From NCBI GenBank assembly GCA_963706125.1, contig CAVPLQ010000003.1:151571-215570 (forward strand): 64,000 bases of DNA, written 5' to 3'. Positions 62,794 through 64,000 of the stretch are shown in pieces; position 1 is the first letter of the stretch; each line of letters opens with the position of its first letter. The position numbers and the translations under genes are program-made. Origin of the DNA: an uncultured Flavobacteriales bacterium. Its GTDB lineage: Bacteria; Bacteroidota; Bacteroidia; Flavobacteriales_F; PHOS-HE28. The notes beneath the pieces were generated by a model. The model did not search any database. It was not told the origin of the DNA and saw only the letters and a list, made by a program, of their open reading frames with translations.

Positions 62794-64000
62794 TGAAGAT
62801 CTCCAAGCACACCACCCGAAAGGCAGCCGGGGTCATGGAACTCGGCATCGGCATCGCCTGTGTGGTGCTGGTGTTGTTCATCGGCTCCTTCACCCGGGTG
62901 CGCGCCGACCTCACCTCAGAGAAACGCTACACCCTCACGCCGGCCACGAAAAACCTCGTGGACAGCCTGAAGGATGTCGTCTTCGTGAAGGTCTATCTCA
63001 GCGGGGACCTTCCGGCGGACCTGCAACGGCTCAGCGGCAGCCTGAAGGACCTCTTGGACGAGATGCGCGTGCGGAACCCGGAGGAACTGCAATATGAGTT
63101 CACCGATTCCAGCGCCAGCGTAGATGAAAAGACACGCAACCAGGTGTATGAGCAACTCCAGAAGGAAGGGCTGCAATACACCAGCATCCGCACGCAGGAC
63201 AAGGGCGCGCAGAGCGAGGTGATCGTCTGGCCGGGCGCCATCATCACCTACCAGGGCAAGAGCATGCCTGTGCAACTGCTGAAATCGCAGTTGCGCGCCA
63301 CTGACGCCGAGATGGTGAACCGCTCGATCAACAATCTCGAGTACGACATGGCGAGCGCCATCCGGCAGATCACCAACTCTTTCCGGCCACGTGTGGCGTT
63401 CATCGAGGGGCAGGGCGAGCTCGGGAAATTGGCGGTGCAGGACCTCACCGACGCCTTAAGCGAGGAATATGATGTGAGCCGTGTCCGCTTGGACGGGAAG
63501 ATCGACGCGCTCAGTGACAGATCGGAGGGCATCACCTACCGGGCGAACAACTTCGAGGCCGCCATCGTGGCCAAGCCGGACAGCCAGTTTTCTGAGAAGG
63601 ACCGCTTCATTCTCGACCAGTTCATCATGAACGGCGGCAAAGTGCTCTGGGCGGTGGATGCCATGGACCCGCACTTGGACAGCCTGCGCACCAACCAGTT
63701 CTCCATGGCCACCCCCTTGGACCTGGGCCTGGACCAGATGTTCTTCGCATACGGCGTGCGCATCAACAAGGACCTGCTGTTGGACAAACAATGCGCCCCC
63801 ATCCAGATCTACACCCGGCCATACGGGGACCAGCCCAAACTGGAGACCCTGCCCTTCCCCTTCGAGCCCTTGGTGCTCCCTTCCAGCGACAATCCCATTG
63901 TCAGCAACATCGACCCGGTCCACCTGAAGCTCGCCAGCAGCATCGATACCATCGGGCTGGACAGCGCGCACAGCACTATCCTGCTCACCACTTCGCGGTA
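62787..64000 (+). CDS. gldG: Gliding-motility-associated ABC transporter substrate-binding / auxiliary protein GldG, partial (it runs off the window end)
   Basis: MVMKISKHTTRKAAGVMELGIGIACVVLVLF, then a GldG-like periplasmic domain (DRFILDQFIMNGGKVLWAVD). The frame is open to 64000. It overlaps the gldF stop. Confidence 0.65.
   Translation, partial: MVMKISKHTTRKAAGVMELGIGIACVVLVLFIGSFTRVRADLTSEKRYTLTPATKNLVDSLKDVVFVKVYLSGDLPADLQRLSGSLKDLLDEMRVRNPEELQYEFTDSSASVDEKTRNQVYEQLQKEGLQYTSIRTQDKGAQSEVIVWPGAIITYQGKSMPVQLLKSQLRATDAEMVNRSINNLEYDMASAIRQITNSFRPRVAFIEGQGELGKLAVQDLTDALSEEYDVSRVRLDGKIDALSDRSEGITYRANNFEAAIVAKPDSQFSEKDRFILDQFIMNGGKVLWAVDAMDPHLDSLRTNQFSMATPLDLGLDQMFFAYGVRINKDLLLDKQCAPIQIYTRPYGDQPKLETLPFPFEPLVLPSSDNPIVSNIDPVHLKLASSIDTIGLDSAHSTILLTTSR

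Noticed and set aside
62110-63971. Minus-strand ORFs opposite gldF and gldG (62110-62778, 62916-63275, 63456-63971)
   Set aside because: They are the antisense of well-supported gldF and gldG coding sequence.

Overview
This is a high-GC (~60-65%) chromosomal segment that looks like a gliding Bacteroidota or Rhodothermota-type genome. It carries four secreted proteins with type IX secretion (T9SS) C-terminal sorting domains plus the GldF and GldG gliding-motility ABC transporter genes at the 3' edge. About 55 genes are tightly packed. No rRNA, CRISPR array, transposase or integrase is visible.

Recognisable content includes:
- a giant tandem-repeat surface protein (minus strand, truncated at the window start)
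- an EF-G paralogue, an M1 aminopeptidase and a tRNA-Thr(CGT)
- the paaE / paaABCD phenylacetyl-CoA epoxidase cluster
- a three-gene glycosyltransferase cassette (GT2, GT-C-like, GT4) next to a 978-aa T9SS cargo protein made of seven near-identical 140-aa cysteine-rich modules
- RecQ and the conserved RDD / SpoIIM-like / DUF4129 / DUF4350 / MoxR / DUF58 neighbourhood
- a ppsA shattered by at least 9 frameshifts, a Zn-dependent alcohol dehydrogenase, purC and a PhoH-like gene
- a DUF62 / ABM / TPR operon

The most interesting locus is 16.7-24.2 kb. A 772-aa E1-like (ThiF/MoeB) adenylyltransferase is fused to a tandem nitroreductase-fold module, an architecture like MoeY/Rv1355c and like a fused C+B pair from thiazole/oxazole-modified microcin (TOMM) biosynthesis without YcaO. 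It sits in an apparent operon with a LuxI/N-acyl-amino-acid-synthase-like acyltransferase, a 7TMR-DISM sensor histidine kinase and a receiver-PAS hybrid kinase. A receiver-only response regulator is transcribed divergently. Together this looks like a signal-synthesis and signal-sensing module that has not been described.

The window also has an unusual number of reading-frame disruptions. ppsA has at least 9, a T9SS gene has 2, and MoxR and a VOC-family gene have 1 each. There is also an in-frame TAG in a PQQ-propeller gene. The cause could be assembly indel error or genuine pseudogenisation. Either way, the heavy concentration in ppsA is the notable part.

Coordinates derived by hand, rather than from the ORF track, may be off by a few bases.
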